Shown here one piece after another: positions 19,401 to 27,603 of a stretch of DNA of 64,000 bases (positions within the stretch are counted from its first letter, which is position 1; every line of letters starts with the position of its first letter). Made by a program: the position numbers and the translations under genes. Source of the DNA: Bacteroidales bacterium UBA1184. GTDB taxonomy: Bacteria > Bacteroidota > Bacteroidia > Bacteroidales > ML635J-15. The notes under the pieces were generated by a model, which searched no databases, was not told the origin of the DNA, and worked only from the letters and a program-made list of their open reading frames with translations. The DNA is taken from NCBI GenBank assembly GCA_002310235.1, contig DBYO01000036.1:54226-118225 (forward strand), read 5' to 3'.

Positions 19401-20870
19401 CGCGACAAGAAGGATTCGGTATTCAAGAAAATTGTCGATAATATGCTTGTGGTTCTCATGAGTGTAAAGACGGTTTCGGCCAATTTGAGTGAGACAAACG
19501 GAACGTTGTTGCCAGGATATATGGGCAAAACCAAACTTATAGGTATGTCGAAATACACTCCCGATGTGGCTATGTTTGGCGAGCAGCCCTCGGTTATCGC
19601 GCCTACATTCCCGTTTGTAATAGGCTGGCAGGTGAAAGATTTTGGCGAATGGGCCTGCGAACACAACCTTGTAACAAAGGACACATCGGTGGTTCAGGCA
19701 TATACTCAGAATCATTCGCGCAACTGGAATTTCAGAGCTTCTCTTGAGCCGGTTCGCGACCTTAAGATCGACCTAACCATGTTGCATAACTATTCGGAGA
19801 ATAGCACTAAATATTATAGGTATGGCATAGATCCTGAAACAGGAGTTGGAACGTTCCGTGGTCTTAATCCATCATCGAGTGGTAGTTTCTCAATGTCAAC
19901 AATAACAATAAAGTCGGCATTCGAGAAATTTAAATCTGAGAACTATGTGTCGGAAACATTCACCAAGTTCTCCGAGAATAGGATAATAATAGCAGAACGT
20001 CTTGCTAAGCAGCGTCCTGGCTATTCTGCATCGGATGTTGATGCCGACGGTTTCCCGAGCGGTTTCGGCAAAACCTCTCAGGATGTCCTTATTCCGGCAT
20101 TCTTTGCAGCATATACAGGTGCCGATCCCAAAAAGGTAACTCTGAACACCATACCAGGCTTGTGGTCGGCACTTCCGCAGTGGCAAATTGTATATGACGG
20201 ACTTGGAAAGATTCCGAAGCTAAAGAAGATTTTCCGTTCGGTAAGTGTAAAGCATTCGTATAGGTCAACCTACAACATCGGTTCGTTCCAGACCCGTCTG
20301 TCCAACGAGTACGATCCCGATGAAAGCGGTCTTAACCAGATTCGCGATGCTCTCGACAATTTCTATTCACGTTACGTTGTAAATGGCATAAGCATAAGCG
20401 AGCAACTTAGCCCATTGATTTCGTTCGACATGATGCTCGTGAACAGCCTTACCGCAAAGGTTGAAATAAAAAAGACCCGTAATCTTACAATGAGTTTCTC
20501 CAACAACCAGCTTACCGAGGTCAAGAACAACGAGCTTGTAATAGGTGCGGGATATAGGTTCAAGGATGTTGAACTAGTACTTAATGTGGCAGGCAGAAAG
20601 CGGAATTTAAAGAGCGACCTCAATTTGCGTCTCGATTTTTCGACTCGTAAGCAGATAACTATGATTAGAAAACTCGAGGAATCGCAGGATCAACCTACCT
20701 CAGGTGCTATCATGTACACATTGAAACTATCTGTAGATTATGTACTTAGCAATAGATTTAATGTAAGTTTGTTCTACGATCATAGCTTAAACAATCCTAT
20801 TGTCGGAACAGCATTCAAGACAACAAATGCAAAAGTTGGAATTACTCTCAGATTTACTCTTGCTACATGA
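13404..20870 (+). CDS. sprA: T9SS outer-membrane translocon SprA (Sov)
   Basis: 2488 aa; 'IDIKPQGSAEL', 'DFDEKIQMNV.G.VG', 'KIEAGNVSLP', 'EVWVNELR' motifs; C-terminal RFTLAT; conserved position between ruvA and gcvH; TTG start. Confidence 0.95.
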   Translation: MFGRILKYTLVGGLMAAMLIVAFVPSNARNGGGRYRSLQALSEVPGPDDDTTKTEGSNAKFPLPKENVNPSDNTDNSPLYGSDPASVSTSVEYDPETDSYNFQKNVDGMPIGTPYNMPFDDYVNYNFEKAMNSYWQQRARKNRELNQEMNSNLIPKLEVGGEIFDRIFGGNVIDIKPQGSAELTLGLEYSRTDNPALDAKQQRQINLDFDEKIQMNVVGQVGTKMKVNISYDTEASFDFENNVKIEYTGDDDEIIQKIEAGNVSLPLTGTLIQGSQSLFGVKTELKFGKLTLTGLLSQKKSETSTINVEGGSTTKDFEIKADNYEENKHFFLSHYFKENYDRSMANLPVITSGVTINRVEVWVTNKTGNYTDARNIIALVDLGESNSNDIQSMYVGNSFTNFTTYPPANNINILGNLAEDYPDIRDINMVSSVLQNLQMSGGTDFEKIESARLLSSSEYTLNSQLGYISLNNKLNADQVLAVAYEYTVGGEVYTVGEFSNSAIAAPQTLVVKLLKSSSFTPSKKNWDLMMKNMYNIGAYQLTRDDFKLDILFTNDKTGTDLTYIPAGEIDSVQLLQVLGLDNLNSQNDPYPDGMFDYVENFTISSSGGRIIFPVREPFGSYLYDKITGGNSALANVANDYVFTELYDSTKSKAQQLAEKNKFKLKGKYKSTSSSEISLNAINVPQGSVSVTAGSTLLVENVDYTVDYNLGRVKILNQGILEAGTPISINLESNSVGTMQTKVLTGLHANYDFSNNFNIGATILHLKEKPMTPKVNIGEEPLSNTIWGANLSYRTDFPFLTKAIDFLPLIQTKEMSTITFNAEFAQLIPGHSKAIGKEGAAYIDDFESSKITNDVKSYVSWSLASTPTDSLLFPESSLINNLNYGKNRGLLSWFVVDQTLHESSSPISIEDRSSHYTRLVYEKELFPNRDSETSNIPKNLAPLNVVFYPNEKGPYNYDVEGMNALGHLENPRKRWAGIQRQLTTTDFEDANIEYIEFWMMDPFVEDSANPGGDLYFNLGDVSEDILKDGRKSFEQGLPAPSLTNPVDTTVWGIVPSTQALVSAFDNSAEIRFAQDVGFDGLNSENEQTFFSEYLEQVKTMFGENSEAYQMALADPSSDNFHHYKGTDYDQLGLNILQRYKHFNGLEGNSIPREYQTESYITNSTTVPDVEDINRDNTLSESENFFQYRVSIRPQDLVVGQNYIADKTTVSVTLANDEVSKVTWYQFKIPISEYTRKIGSISDFKSIRFMRMFMTNFDTTTCLRFGTLDLVRGEWRKYDDSFMQPGEYIVEELENTSFDVSAVNIEENASRTPVNYVLPPGVTREQNTMNPQFQQLNEQAMTIKVIDLADGDARAVYKNVYLDVRKYLKMQMFVHVESLVDKPEIKDGDVSIFVRLGTDYKNNYYEYEVPLKVTPPGYYSGDNEESPDRYIVWPEENDINILFEDLTKVKENRNELIRLGDQNVGLTKLYYEMNERGRISIMGNPNLSNVQTIMIGVRNPKQVTLNGADDGQPKSAEVWVNELRLTNFNEKGGWAATARATAKLADFGTVTLSGTTKKPGFGALNSTIKERLTEEINQYDFSSSFEFGKFFPERFNVRIPLYVAVSENVSNPEYDPLSPDVLMKNTLKNPDISKEYKDSIKHLSQDYVKRTSVNLTNVKVGGKQGQKPHIYNLSNWSLSYGYNNVFQRDPNTVFRTTVTHSASIFYNYNATPKIVEPFKNVKLFKKKAFKILHDANFYYLPSQLSFRTNLNRQYGETQIRNVYDPSYALPISVIKDFTLIRQYDFKYNITKALKFEYTATNNARIDEPEGRLYKGDADYEQKMDSIWKNFKKLGRNTSFYQQWSLSYTLPINKIPIFDWISASVRYQGSYNWTAGAITADTLNIGNTVQNANTMSASTQFNLLNLYNKVKYLKEVNNKYRGRASNKKKEVETVTFEENVGKLTAGKKKTINHKLKTKTVSIKVTDDRGRPVKSEIEVIDENKLSFTVEKDVEGAKVVVTGKRDKKDSVFKKIVDNMLVVLMSVKTVSANLSETNGTLLPGYMGKTKLIGMSKYTPDVAMFGEQPSVIAPTFPFVIGWQVKDFGEWACEHNLVTKDTSVVQAYTQNHSRNWNFRASLEPVRDLKIDLTMLHNYSENSTKYYRYGIDPETGVGTFRGLNPSSSGSFSMSTITIKSAFEKFKSENYVSETFTKFSENRIIIAERLAKQRPGYSASDVDADGFPSGFGKTSQDVLIPAFFAAYTGADPKKVTLNTIPGLWSALPQWQIVYDGLGKIPKLKKIFRSVSVKHSYRSTYNIGSFQTRLSNEYDPDESGLNQIRDALDNFYSRYVVNGISISEQLSPLISFDMMLVNSLTAKVEIKKTRNLTMSFSNNQLTEVKNNELVIGAGYRFKDVELVLNVAGRKRNLKSDLNLRLDFSTRKQITMIRKLEESQDQPTSGAIMYTLKLSVDYVLSNRFNVSLFYDHSLNNPIVGTAFKTTNAKVGITLRFTLAT

Positions 20871-20881
20871 TAAAATAGTGT

Positions 20882-20889
20882 TATTTTTG
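20882..20889 (+). promoter_or_regulatory. -7 promoter element upstream of gcvH
   Basis: TATTTTTG 38 nt before the ATG. Confidence 0.5.
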
Positions 20890-20927
20890 GCGAACGAATT
20901 TTGTATTAACATTAAAAATAAATAAAG

Positions 20928-21308
20928 ATGGCATTTCCAAAAGAATTAAAGTACGCAGAATCACACGAATGGTTGCGCGTTAATGGCGAAGAGGCTTATA
21001 TTGGTATTACCGATTTCGCAGTATCAGAATTGAACGACCTTATTTATATTGAAATTGAGGTTGAAGGTGAAACTCTTGAAAAGGGTGAAGAATTTGGTGT
21101 AATTGAAGCATCAAAGGTAGCATCGAAAGTTTATATGCCTGTATCGGGCGAAGTTCTCGAAGTTAATCAGGACGCTCTCGACAATCCTGAAATGTTGAAG
21201 GACGATGCATACGAAAACGGCTGGTTGATTAAGATCAGAATGACCGATCCTTCACAGGCAAACGGTCTTCTCGATGCAGCTGCTTACGAAGCATTGACAA
21301 AGAAATAA
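20928..21308 (+). CDS. gcvH: Glycine cleavage system H protein (lipoyl carrier)
   Basis: LKYAESHEW, IGITDFA, lipoyl-lysine region IEASKVAS, PVSGEV, AYENGWLIKI. Confidence 0.93.
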   Translation: MAFPKELKYAESHEWLRVNGEEAYIGITDFAVSELNDLIYIEIEVEGETLEKGEEFGVIEASKVASKVYMPVSGEVLEVNQDALDNPEMLKDDAYENGWLIKIRMTDPSQANGLLDAAAYEALTKK

Positions 21309-21329
21309 TAATTCTTTCCAGAATTAGTG

Positions 21330-21362
21330 AAAGCCGTATCCTGATGATGCGGCTTTTTTTTG
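21330..21362 (+). terminator. Rho-independent terminator after gcvH
   Basis: aaagccgtatc-ctgat-gatgcggcttt plus T-run. Confidence 0.8.
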
Positions 21363-21435
21363 TAATAAAAATGTTTCGTGAGAATGATTATTTTTATTAA
21401 GTTTGTGGGATAACAAAAACAATAAAATATACTAT

Positions 21436-23352
21436 ATGGATAAACATAATAATTTGAAAGTGATGCTTCAGAATGCTGAGCATCCGATTACTGTTTTGCT
21501 TGGTGGCGACAAGATAAAAGAGCAGATGGAAGCTATTGAATGCATAGCTTCTGATGTTGACAATATTCTTGTAGGAGGTGCGTTGGTTGCTCCGTTTGCA
21601 AAGGCAAAAGGATACAATGTAGGCAATTCCTCTGTGTGCGACGGTTGCGTAGCTAGTGCAAAGGAAATTCTTGCTAAGTATGCTGGCAAAATCTGTTTGC
21701 CTGTTGACTGCTATGTTGCCGATAAGGAGGCTAACGACTCCAATATCGAGCATGTAAAAATTGATGAAATTCCCGATGCTCGTCTCATCATGGATATTGG
21801 TGTAAAAACTGTTGACATTTTTGCCGAGAAGATAGAAGGAGCAAAGACTTTCATCTGGAACGGAACTTTGGGGCATACGGAAATGCCACATTTTGCATAC
21901 GGAACTTACAAGACAGCTCTTGCTGCTGCACGTGGTACCGCTAACGGACTTAGAACAGTAGTTGATGGCAATGACACTAAGGCTGCAATATTGCGTTATG
22001 GGCTCGAAGGTGGAATGTTCTTCCTCGAAGACGGAAAACTCGTCGAGAAGGCCGAAAGAAAGGTCGTACATACCGATGAGGCACCAAAGGACGGTTATAC
22101 CATCGATAAGTACAATTTCAACGGAAAGAAAGTTTTGTTGCGTGTTGATTTCAATGTTCCGCTGGACGAGAATTTCAACATTACCGACGACACTCGTATA
22201 GTTTGCGAAGTTCCGACAATTAAGAAGATTTTGAAGGATGGTGGCGCCGTAATTATGATGTCGCACTTAGGTCGTCCGAAGAAAGTTGACAATAAGTTCT
22301 CGCTCAAGCACATTGTTAAGCATGTAAGCGAATGCCTAGGTGTTCCCGTACAGTTTGCCGATGACTGCCAGAAGGCTCAGGCACAGGCTGCAGCATTGAA
22401 GCCAGGCGAAGCTTTGTTGCTCGAAAATCTGCGTTTCTATGCCGAGGAGGAAGGCAAGCCACGTGGATTGGCTGATGATGCTTCTGACGAAGAAAAGAAG
22501 GCTGCAAAGGCCGCTGTAAAGGAATCGCAGAAGGAGTTTGTAAAGACTCTTGCTTCGTATGGCGACTGCTACGTAAACGATGCTTTTGGTACTGCTCATC
22601 GTGCACATGCATCTACATACTATGTTGCAAAATACTTCCCGAAGGACAAGATGCTCGGATACTTGGTTGAAAACGAAGTGAACAACATCAACAAGGTGCT
22701 TACAACTGGAGAAAAGCCCGTTACGGCAATCGTTGGCGGTTCAAAGATTTCGACCAAGATTGATATTATCAAGTCGTTGATTACCAAAGTTGACAATCTT
22801 ATAGTAGGTGGCGGTATTTCCTATACTTTCATCAAGGCTATGGGAGGAAACATTGGACGTTCGCTGGCAGAAGACGATTGCATTCCTATTGCAAACGAAA
22901 TCCTCGATATGGCAAAGAAGTTGAATGTAAACCTTTATTTGCCGGTTGACTGCATGATAGGCGACAAGTTCGACAACGAAGCCAATATTCACATGGCAGA
23001 TGTTCGTAATGTTCCCGACGGTTGGGAAGGCATGGATATGGGTGTGAAGACCATACAGCGTTACACCGAGGTTATCGAAAACTCAAAGACCATCCTTTGG
23101 AACGGACCTATGGGCGTGTTCGAGATGGAACACTTCAGCAACGGAACCATGAAGGTTGCCTTGGCAGTTTGCCGTGCTACCGAACTTGGCGCATTTACCC
23201 TTGTAGGAGGTGGCGATAGTATTGCAGCACTCAACAAGTTTAACTTAAGCGAAAAGATTAGCTACGCATCAACTGCTGGTGGCGCTTTGCTCGAGTACAT
23301 TGAGGGCAAGGAATTGCCAGGATTGAAGGCAATATCTTCCGAAGAGATTTAA
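21436..23352 (+). CDS. pgk: Phosphoglycerate kinase with an extra ~200-aa N-terminal degenerate copy of the PGK C-terminal domain
   Basis: Full PGK from ~22096 ([61 protein letters not shown]). ATG at 21436 preferred over GTG at 21403. Confidence 0.93.
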   Translation: MDKHNNLKVMLQNAEHPITVLLGGDKIKEQMEAIECIASDVDNILVGGALVAPFAKAKGYNVGNSSVCDGCVASAKEILAKYAGKICLPVDCYVADKEANDSNIEHVKIDEIPDARLIMDIGVKTVDIFAEKIEGAKTFIWNGTLGHTEMPHFAYGTYKTALAAARGTANGLRTVVDGNDTKAAILRYGLEGGMFFLEDGKLVEKAERKVVHTDEAPKDGYTIDKYNFNGKKVLLRVDFNVPLDENFNITDDTRIVCEVPTIKKILKDGGAVIMMSHLGRPKKVDNKFSLKHIVKHVSECLGVPVQFADDCQKAQAQAAALKPGEALLLENLRFYAEEEGKPRGLADDASDEEKKAAKAAVKESQKEFVKTLASYGDCYVNDAFGTAHRAHASTYYVAKYFPKDKMLGYLVENEVNNINKVLTTGEKPVTAIVGGSKISTKIDIIKSLITKVDNLIVGGGISYTFIKAMGGNIGRSLAEDDCIPIANEILDMAKKLNVNLYLPVDCMIGDKFDNEANIHMADVRNVPDGWEGMDMGVKTIQRYTEVIENSKTILWNGPMGVFEMEHFSNGTMKVALAVCRATELGAFTLVGGGDSIAALNKFNLSEKISYASTAGGALLEYIEGKELPGLKAISSEEI

Positions 23353-23375
23353 TATATTGAAGAAAAAATAATTTG

Positions 23376-23404
23376 GAGGTTTCCGTATGGAAACCTCTTT
23401 TTTT
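23376..23404 (+). terminator. pgk terminator
   Basis: gaggtttcc-gtat-ggaaacctc plus T-run. Confidence 0.85.
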
Positions 23405-23417
23405 GTCAATTGGACAC

Positions 23418-23447
23418 AAAAAAAGAGGCTCGAAAATCGAGCCTCTT
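23418..23447 (-). terminator. Terminator of the convergent lipoprotein gene
   Basis: A-run then aagaggctcga-aaa-tcgagcctctt. Confidence 0.8.
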
Positions 23448-23471
23448 ATGTTTTTAATTTAGATGTTCAAA

Positions 23472-24359
23472 TTACTTTGCTGCTGGAGCAGGAGTTTCAG
23501 CCTTCTTGTATTGGAAACCGAAAACTTGTCCCTGGCTTCCATTATGGTTGCTTGCATAAACGAAGCCTTTAGAGTATTTTACCAATACATAGGTGTTGTC
23601 AACCTTAGAAATGAAGTTCATTACGGTATAAGCCTTATCCAAGTAGTCAAAGTCTAACATCAAAGTTTCAGTAACTGTACCTGCTTCGTAAGCAGCAGCC
23701 AAAGCTTCTACGTTTGCGAATTCATCGGTGTCAACAATTACAAAACCTGCGCAGTTTTCTGTTTTTTCTGCTTTAGCAGCTGTACCAGTTTGAGTGTTTG
23801 TCATTTTAACACCAAAAGTAGTATTTTCAGATTCTCTGATAATAGTACCATCGATTGCGGACATCTGGCTAGTTACTGAACTTGGACGGGTCAAGTAAAT
23901 AACTTCGCTCCAGTTAGCTGAGATAGGAGTAGCAGTTTCTGTAATAGTGATAGTCCAAGTTTTGCTTCCTGGGTTGTCCTTCTTGTCGGTAGCGTTTACA
24001 GTGTAAACAACAGTGTAGTCTTTTGCAAGATCAGCCTTCAACAAAGTGTCAGGAATTTCGAATTTGAAGCTTGGTTCGCCTACGTAAGAATTAACAAATT
24101 CTTCTTCGAATTCGTAATTAACAGTCTTAACAACTGAGTCACCGTTCATAATCTCTCTCTTAACGTCGATAGTCTTGATACCAAGGTCAGCAGTTACTGT
24201 GCAGGTGATTGAGATAGGCAAAGATGCTGCAGAAGAAAGGTCGTAAGTAAGGGTTTCGTTCTTTTCAGTCATTGTGACATCAACAGTCTTTTCTTTACCG
24301 CAGCTGCAGAATAATGCAACAGCAGCAACCAAAATCATAGCAATTTTTAAGTTTTTCAT
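23472..24359 (-). CDS. Hypothetical lipoprotein, probably surface-exposed and beta-rich
   Basis: Lipobox-type signal MKNLKIAMILVAAVALFCSC followed by GKEK; own -7 element (TATCTTTG, 24417-24424, minus) and terminator. Confidence 0.75.
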   Translation of the reverse strand: MKNLKIAMILVAAVALFCSCGKEKTVDVTMTEKNETLTYDLSSAASLPISITCTVTADLGIKTIDVKREIMNGDSVVKTVNYEFEEEFVNSYVGEPSFKFEIPDTLLKADLAKDYTVVYTVNATDKKDNPGSKTWTITITETATPISANWSEVIYLTRPSSVTSQMSAIDGTIIRESENTTFGVKMTNTQTGTAAKAEKTENCAGFVIVDTDEFANVEALAAAYEAGTVTETLMLDFDYLDKAYTVMNFISKVDNTYVLVKYSKGFVYASNHNGSQGQVFGFQYKKAETPAPAAK

Positions 24360-24502
24360 GTTCTAAAATTTTAAGTTATACAATAATTAATTAAATTTTC
24401 ACATCTTTTCTAGCTGCAAAGATAGACTTATTTTTTAACATTGGCATTTTTATTAACTTTTTTTTTTGAAAATAGCATCCAACTTGGTTTTACTTATAAA
24501 AC

Positions 24503-24535
24503 AAAAGAAGGCGTTGTTATGCAACGCCTTCTTTT
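24503..24535. terminator. Bidirectional-type terminator downstream of the M16 peptidase gene
   Basis: aaaagaaggcgttg...caacgccttctttt. Confidence 0.8.
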
Positions 24536-24590
24536 ATGTATAAAAATCAATGATATTAGTGAAATAGTATTTTTCTTTAAAAATATACTA

Positions 24591-27524
24591 TTAGTAGTTG
24601 AAAACTTCGTCAACTGTTAGTTCCTTAACGTCACCGTAAGTCTTGAGTAGGTTGAAATCAACCTTTTCCTTCGGACCAACAATCATGATATCGAAGGTCT
24701 TGCCGGTGATGTGTTCGTTGAAGAACTTGGTTGCATCTTCGAGAGTGAAGTTCTTTACTGCATCGTAAACTTCCTTGCGGTAGTCGTTTTCGATTCCGAG
24801 TTCCTTATTTGCAAGATAGTTCCAGAAGATACCGCTCTTTATGATTCTTTCGGTGTTAATCTGGCTGATAATTGCCTGACGGCTGATTTCGAACGATTCG
24901 GGCGACTGCTTGAGTTCGTTCATGAGTTCGCCAAGAGCTTCGAGAGCTTCCTTCATCTTGTCGGGCTGGGTGCTGAGGTAGCCGATTACGTAGTTGGATT
25001 CATCAATCTTAGATGCTTCGTTGTAGCCTGCGTAGCAGCCGTATGCCAAGCTCTTTGCTTCGCGGATTTCCTGGAATACTATGCTCGACATCGAACCACC
25101 GTAGTATTCGTTGAACATTGTCGAAATTGGCATCAACGACTTGTCGAACTTAACATCCTTCGAAACCAATTCGATGAATACCTGTGTCATCGGGTAGTTT
25201 ACAAAGAGAACCTGTGGCTTGTCGTAGTCGCGTTCTACATACTTCTTTGCTTCTGGATAATCCTTGTATTCGCCAGAAACGTTGTGGTTTTCCTTTATAA
25301 CTTTAACAACATCGTCCATCTTGCGCGGACCATAGTAGAAGATTTGGTGCTTGTAGTTGAGCATACCTTTTATAATATTGGTAAGTTCTTCGGGGTCGAT
25401 TGCTTTAAGTTCTTCCTCGCTGAGGTTGTTTGTGAAGCGTGATTCCTCGCCATACTTCGAACGTGAAACAAGACCGCCAAGGATAGCATTCTTGTTAAGC
25501 TTATTGTTGGCACGTCCCTTAAGGATGCTGTTTACATATTCGTCGTAAACTTCCTTGTCGGGCTTAACGTTTGCAAGGATTTCTTCCATAAGCTTCATTG
25601 CAGTTTCAAGGTTCTCGTCGAGACCGCTGATGTAAACATAGCATCTGTCTGAACCGCTGCTTACATAGAAGTTGCAACCGAGACGATACCATTCTTTTGC
25701 CAAATCGTCAACAGTTTTTTCTGTAGTGCCGAGGTAGTCGAGATAATCGACTGCGAGAGCCAATTTCTTGTCGTTGTCCTTACCCATATCGAGAATGTAG
25801 TACAATGAGAACAATTCATTTGTTTCGTTCTTAATGTAGCTCATTGGCAAATCCTTTGCAATGTCGGTAGTTTGGATTTTTGCCTTGTAGTCAACAAATT
25901 CGGGGCTGATAGCAGCAGGTTCCTGCTTCTTGAGTTCGGTTACGAATGCCGATTCGCTTCCGCGGTCGATGTTGAGCTGAGTGATGGCTGGCTTGTCAAC
26001 GTGCATTACGTTGTCGGGTTCGCCCATGCGCTTGTAGGCAACAAGGTAGTTGTCCTTGAAGAATTCGTTTGCAAACTTTACAAGTTCGTCCTTTGTCATC
26101 TTTTCGTAGTTCTCGATGTCGAAGATTTCTTCTTCCCAAGGAGTCTGAGAGATGAATGAGTTTACAAACGAATAAGCTATTCTATTGCCTTCAATCTGCT
26201 TAATCTGATCGAGTTTCATTTCGTTTACAATAGCTTCGAGCAGCCATTCGTCGAATTCACCCTTCTTAATCTTTTCGAGTTCTGCCATAAGCAAGTCCTT
26301 AACTTCTTCGAGGCTCTGACCATCGCGTGGCATACCAACCATTTCGAACATTCCGTAGTCGTTGAGAGAATAGCCGTATGCGTATGCGCGCATTACCTTC
26401 TGAGCGGTGTTGAGGTCGAGGTCCATAAGGCCAGCCTTGCCATTGTAGAGTATCTGTCCAATCATAGATAAGTATTTCGATTCCTGTGACTTGTTACCCT
26501 GTGAACGCCATACAACGCATACATTTTCAGGTTCTGGTCCGTGGATTTCGAATTCTTCTACTGCAGTACGTTCCTCTTCGGGAGTGTAGGTAAATTCAGG
26601 AATGTTGTCGTTCTTCTGCATGTGTCCCCAGTACTTGTCGATAATCTTTACGGTTTCTTCGAAATCGAGGTCACCCGACATACATATTGCGATGTTGTTA
26701 GGAACATAGTAGTTTGCCTTGAACTTCATTACGTTTGCCATCGACGGGTTTTTCAAGTGTTCGCCCTTGCCGATGATAGCGGTTCCGTAAGGATGGTTCT
26801 TGAAGAGTTTTGCGAAAATGGTGTTGCTGAGTCTGCGGCCGTCGCGGTCCTGGTTCATGTTGAACTCTTCGAAAATTGTTTCGAGTTCGGTGTGGAAGAG
26901 ACGGAGAACAAGGTTTTCGAATCTTTCGCTCTCAACCTTTGCCCAACGGTCGATTTCGTTGGATGGAATTTCGTTTACATAAACGGTTTCTTCGTACGAT
27001 GTCCAAGCGTTTGTGCCTGTAGCGCCGAGAATCGAGCAGATCTTGTCGTACTCGTTAGCGATTGCGTACTGCGAAGCAACCTGCGAAAGGCTGTCGATCT
27101 GAGCATAGATAGCAGCTTTCTTTTCCGGGTCGGTTTCGGCAGCGTGTTCTTCAAACTTGTCGCTGATTGCCTGAATGAGAACGCTTTCTTTTTCCCAGTC
27201 CTTTGTTCCAATCTTATCGCTACCCTTGAACATCATGTGTTCGAAGTAGTGGGCAAGACCTGTTGTTTCGCGTGGGTCGTTCTTTGCACCGGCTCTTACT
27301 GCGATGTAGGTTTGTATTCTCGGTTCGTCCTTGTTTACGGCAAGGTATATTTTCAAACCGTTGTCCAATGTGTAGATTCTTGTTCCCGATGGGTCGTTTT
27401 CTACATATTCGTAGCTGTAACCGTTGGCGTCTTTGGCAGTCTTGGTTTCGTGTCCTGTTTTACCCTTTTTGCAGCCTACCATTACAAGTGCGAATACTGC
27501 TAAAATTAATACTAAATGTCTCAT
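24591..27524 (-). CDS. M16 (insulinase/pitrilysin family) zinc peptidase, lipoprotein
   Basis: Inverted zinc motif HxxEH (GLAHYFEHMMFKGS), NAWTS, lipobox MVGC. Confidence 0.92.
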   Translation of the reverse strand: MRHLVLILAVFALVMVGCKKGKTGHETKTAKDANGYSYEYVENDPSGTRIYTLDNGLKIYLAVNKDEPRIQTYIAVRAGAKNDPRETTGLAHYFEHMMFKGSDKIGTKDWEKESVLIQAISDKFEEHAAETDPEKKAAIYAQIDSLSQVASQYAIANEYDKICSILGATGTNAWTSYEETVYVNEIPSNEIDRWAKVESERFENLVLRLFHTELETIFEEFNMNQDRDGRRLSNTIFAKLFKNHPYGTAIIGKGEHLKNPSMANVMKFKANYYVPNNIAICMSGDLDFEETVKIIDKYWGHMQKNDNIPEFTYTPEEERTAVEEFEIHGPEPENVCVVWRSQGNKSQESKYLSMIGQILYNGKAGLMDLDLNTAQKVMRAYAYGYSLNDYGMFEMVGMPRDGQSLEEVKDLLMAELEKIKKGEFDEWLLEAIVNEMKLDQIKQIEGNRIAYSFVNSFISQTPWEEEIFDIENYEKMTKDELVKFANEFFKDNYLVAYKRMGEPDNVMHVDKPAITQLNIDRGSESAFVTELKKQEPAAISPEFVDYKAKIQTTDIAKDLPMSYIKNETNELFSLYYILDMGKDNDKKLALAVDYLDYLGTTEKTVDDLAKEWYRLGCNFYVSSGSDRCYVYISGLDENLETAMKLMEEILANVKPDKEVYDEYVNSILKGRANNKLNKNAILGGLVSRSKYGEESRFTNNLSEEELKAIDPEELTNIIKGMLNYKHQIFYYGPRKMDDVVKVIKENHNVSGEYKDYPEAKKYVERDYDKPQVLFVNYPMTQVFIELVSKDVKFDKSLMPISTMFNEYYGGSMSSIVFQEIREAKSLAYGCYAGYNEASKIDESNYVIGYLSTQPDKMKEALEALGELMNELKQSPESFEISRQAIISQINTERIIKSGIFWNYLANKELGIENDYRKEVYDAVKNFTLEDATKFFNEHITGKTFDIMIVGPKEKVDFNLLKTYGDVKELTVDEVFNY

Positions 27525-27563
27525 AATATATACTTCTTTTGAATTTGTTTGCTAATTATAAAG

Positions 27564-27588
27564 AAAAAGGCTGTTTTTACAGCCTTTT
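27564..27588 (-). terminator. secDF terminator
   Basis: aaaaaggctg-tttta-cagcctttt. Confidence 0.7.
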
Positions 27589-27603
27589 CTTTGAATATCT
27601 TTA

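Noticed and set aside
21397-22266. 289-aa antisense ORF opposite pgk
   Set aside because: Shadow frame of a conserved gene with no recognisable motifs
26541-27503. 320-aa antisense ORF opposite the M16 peptidase (also 24711..25442)
   Set aside because: Shadow frames produced by codon bias
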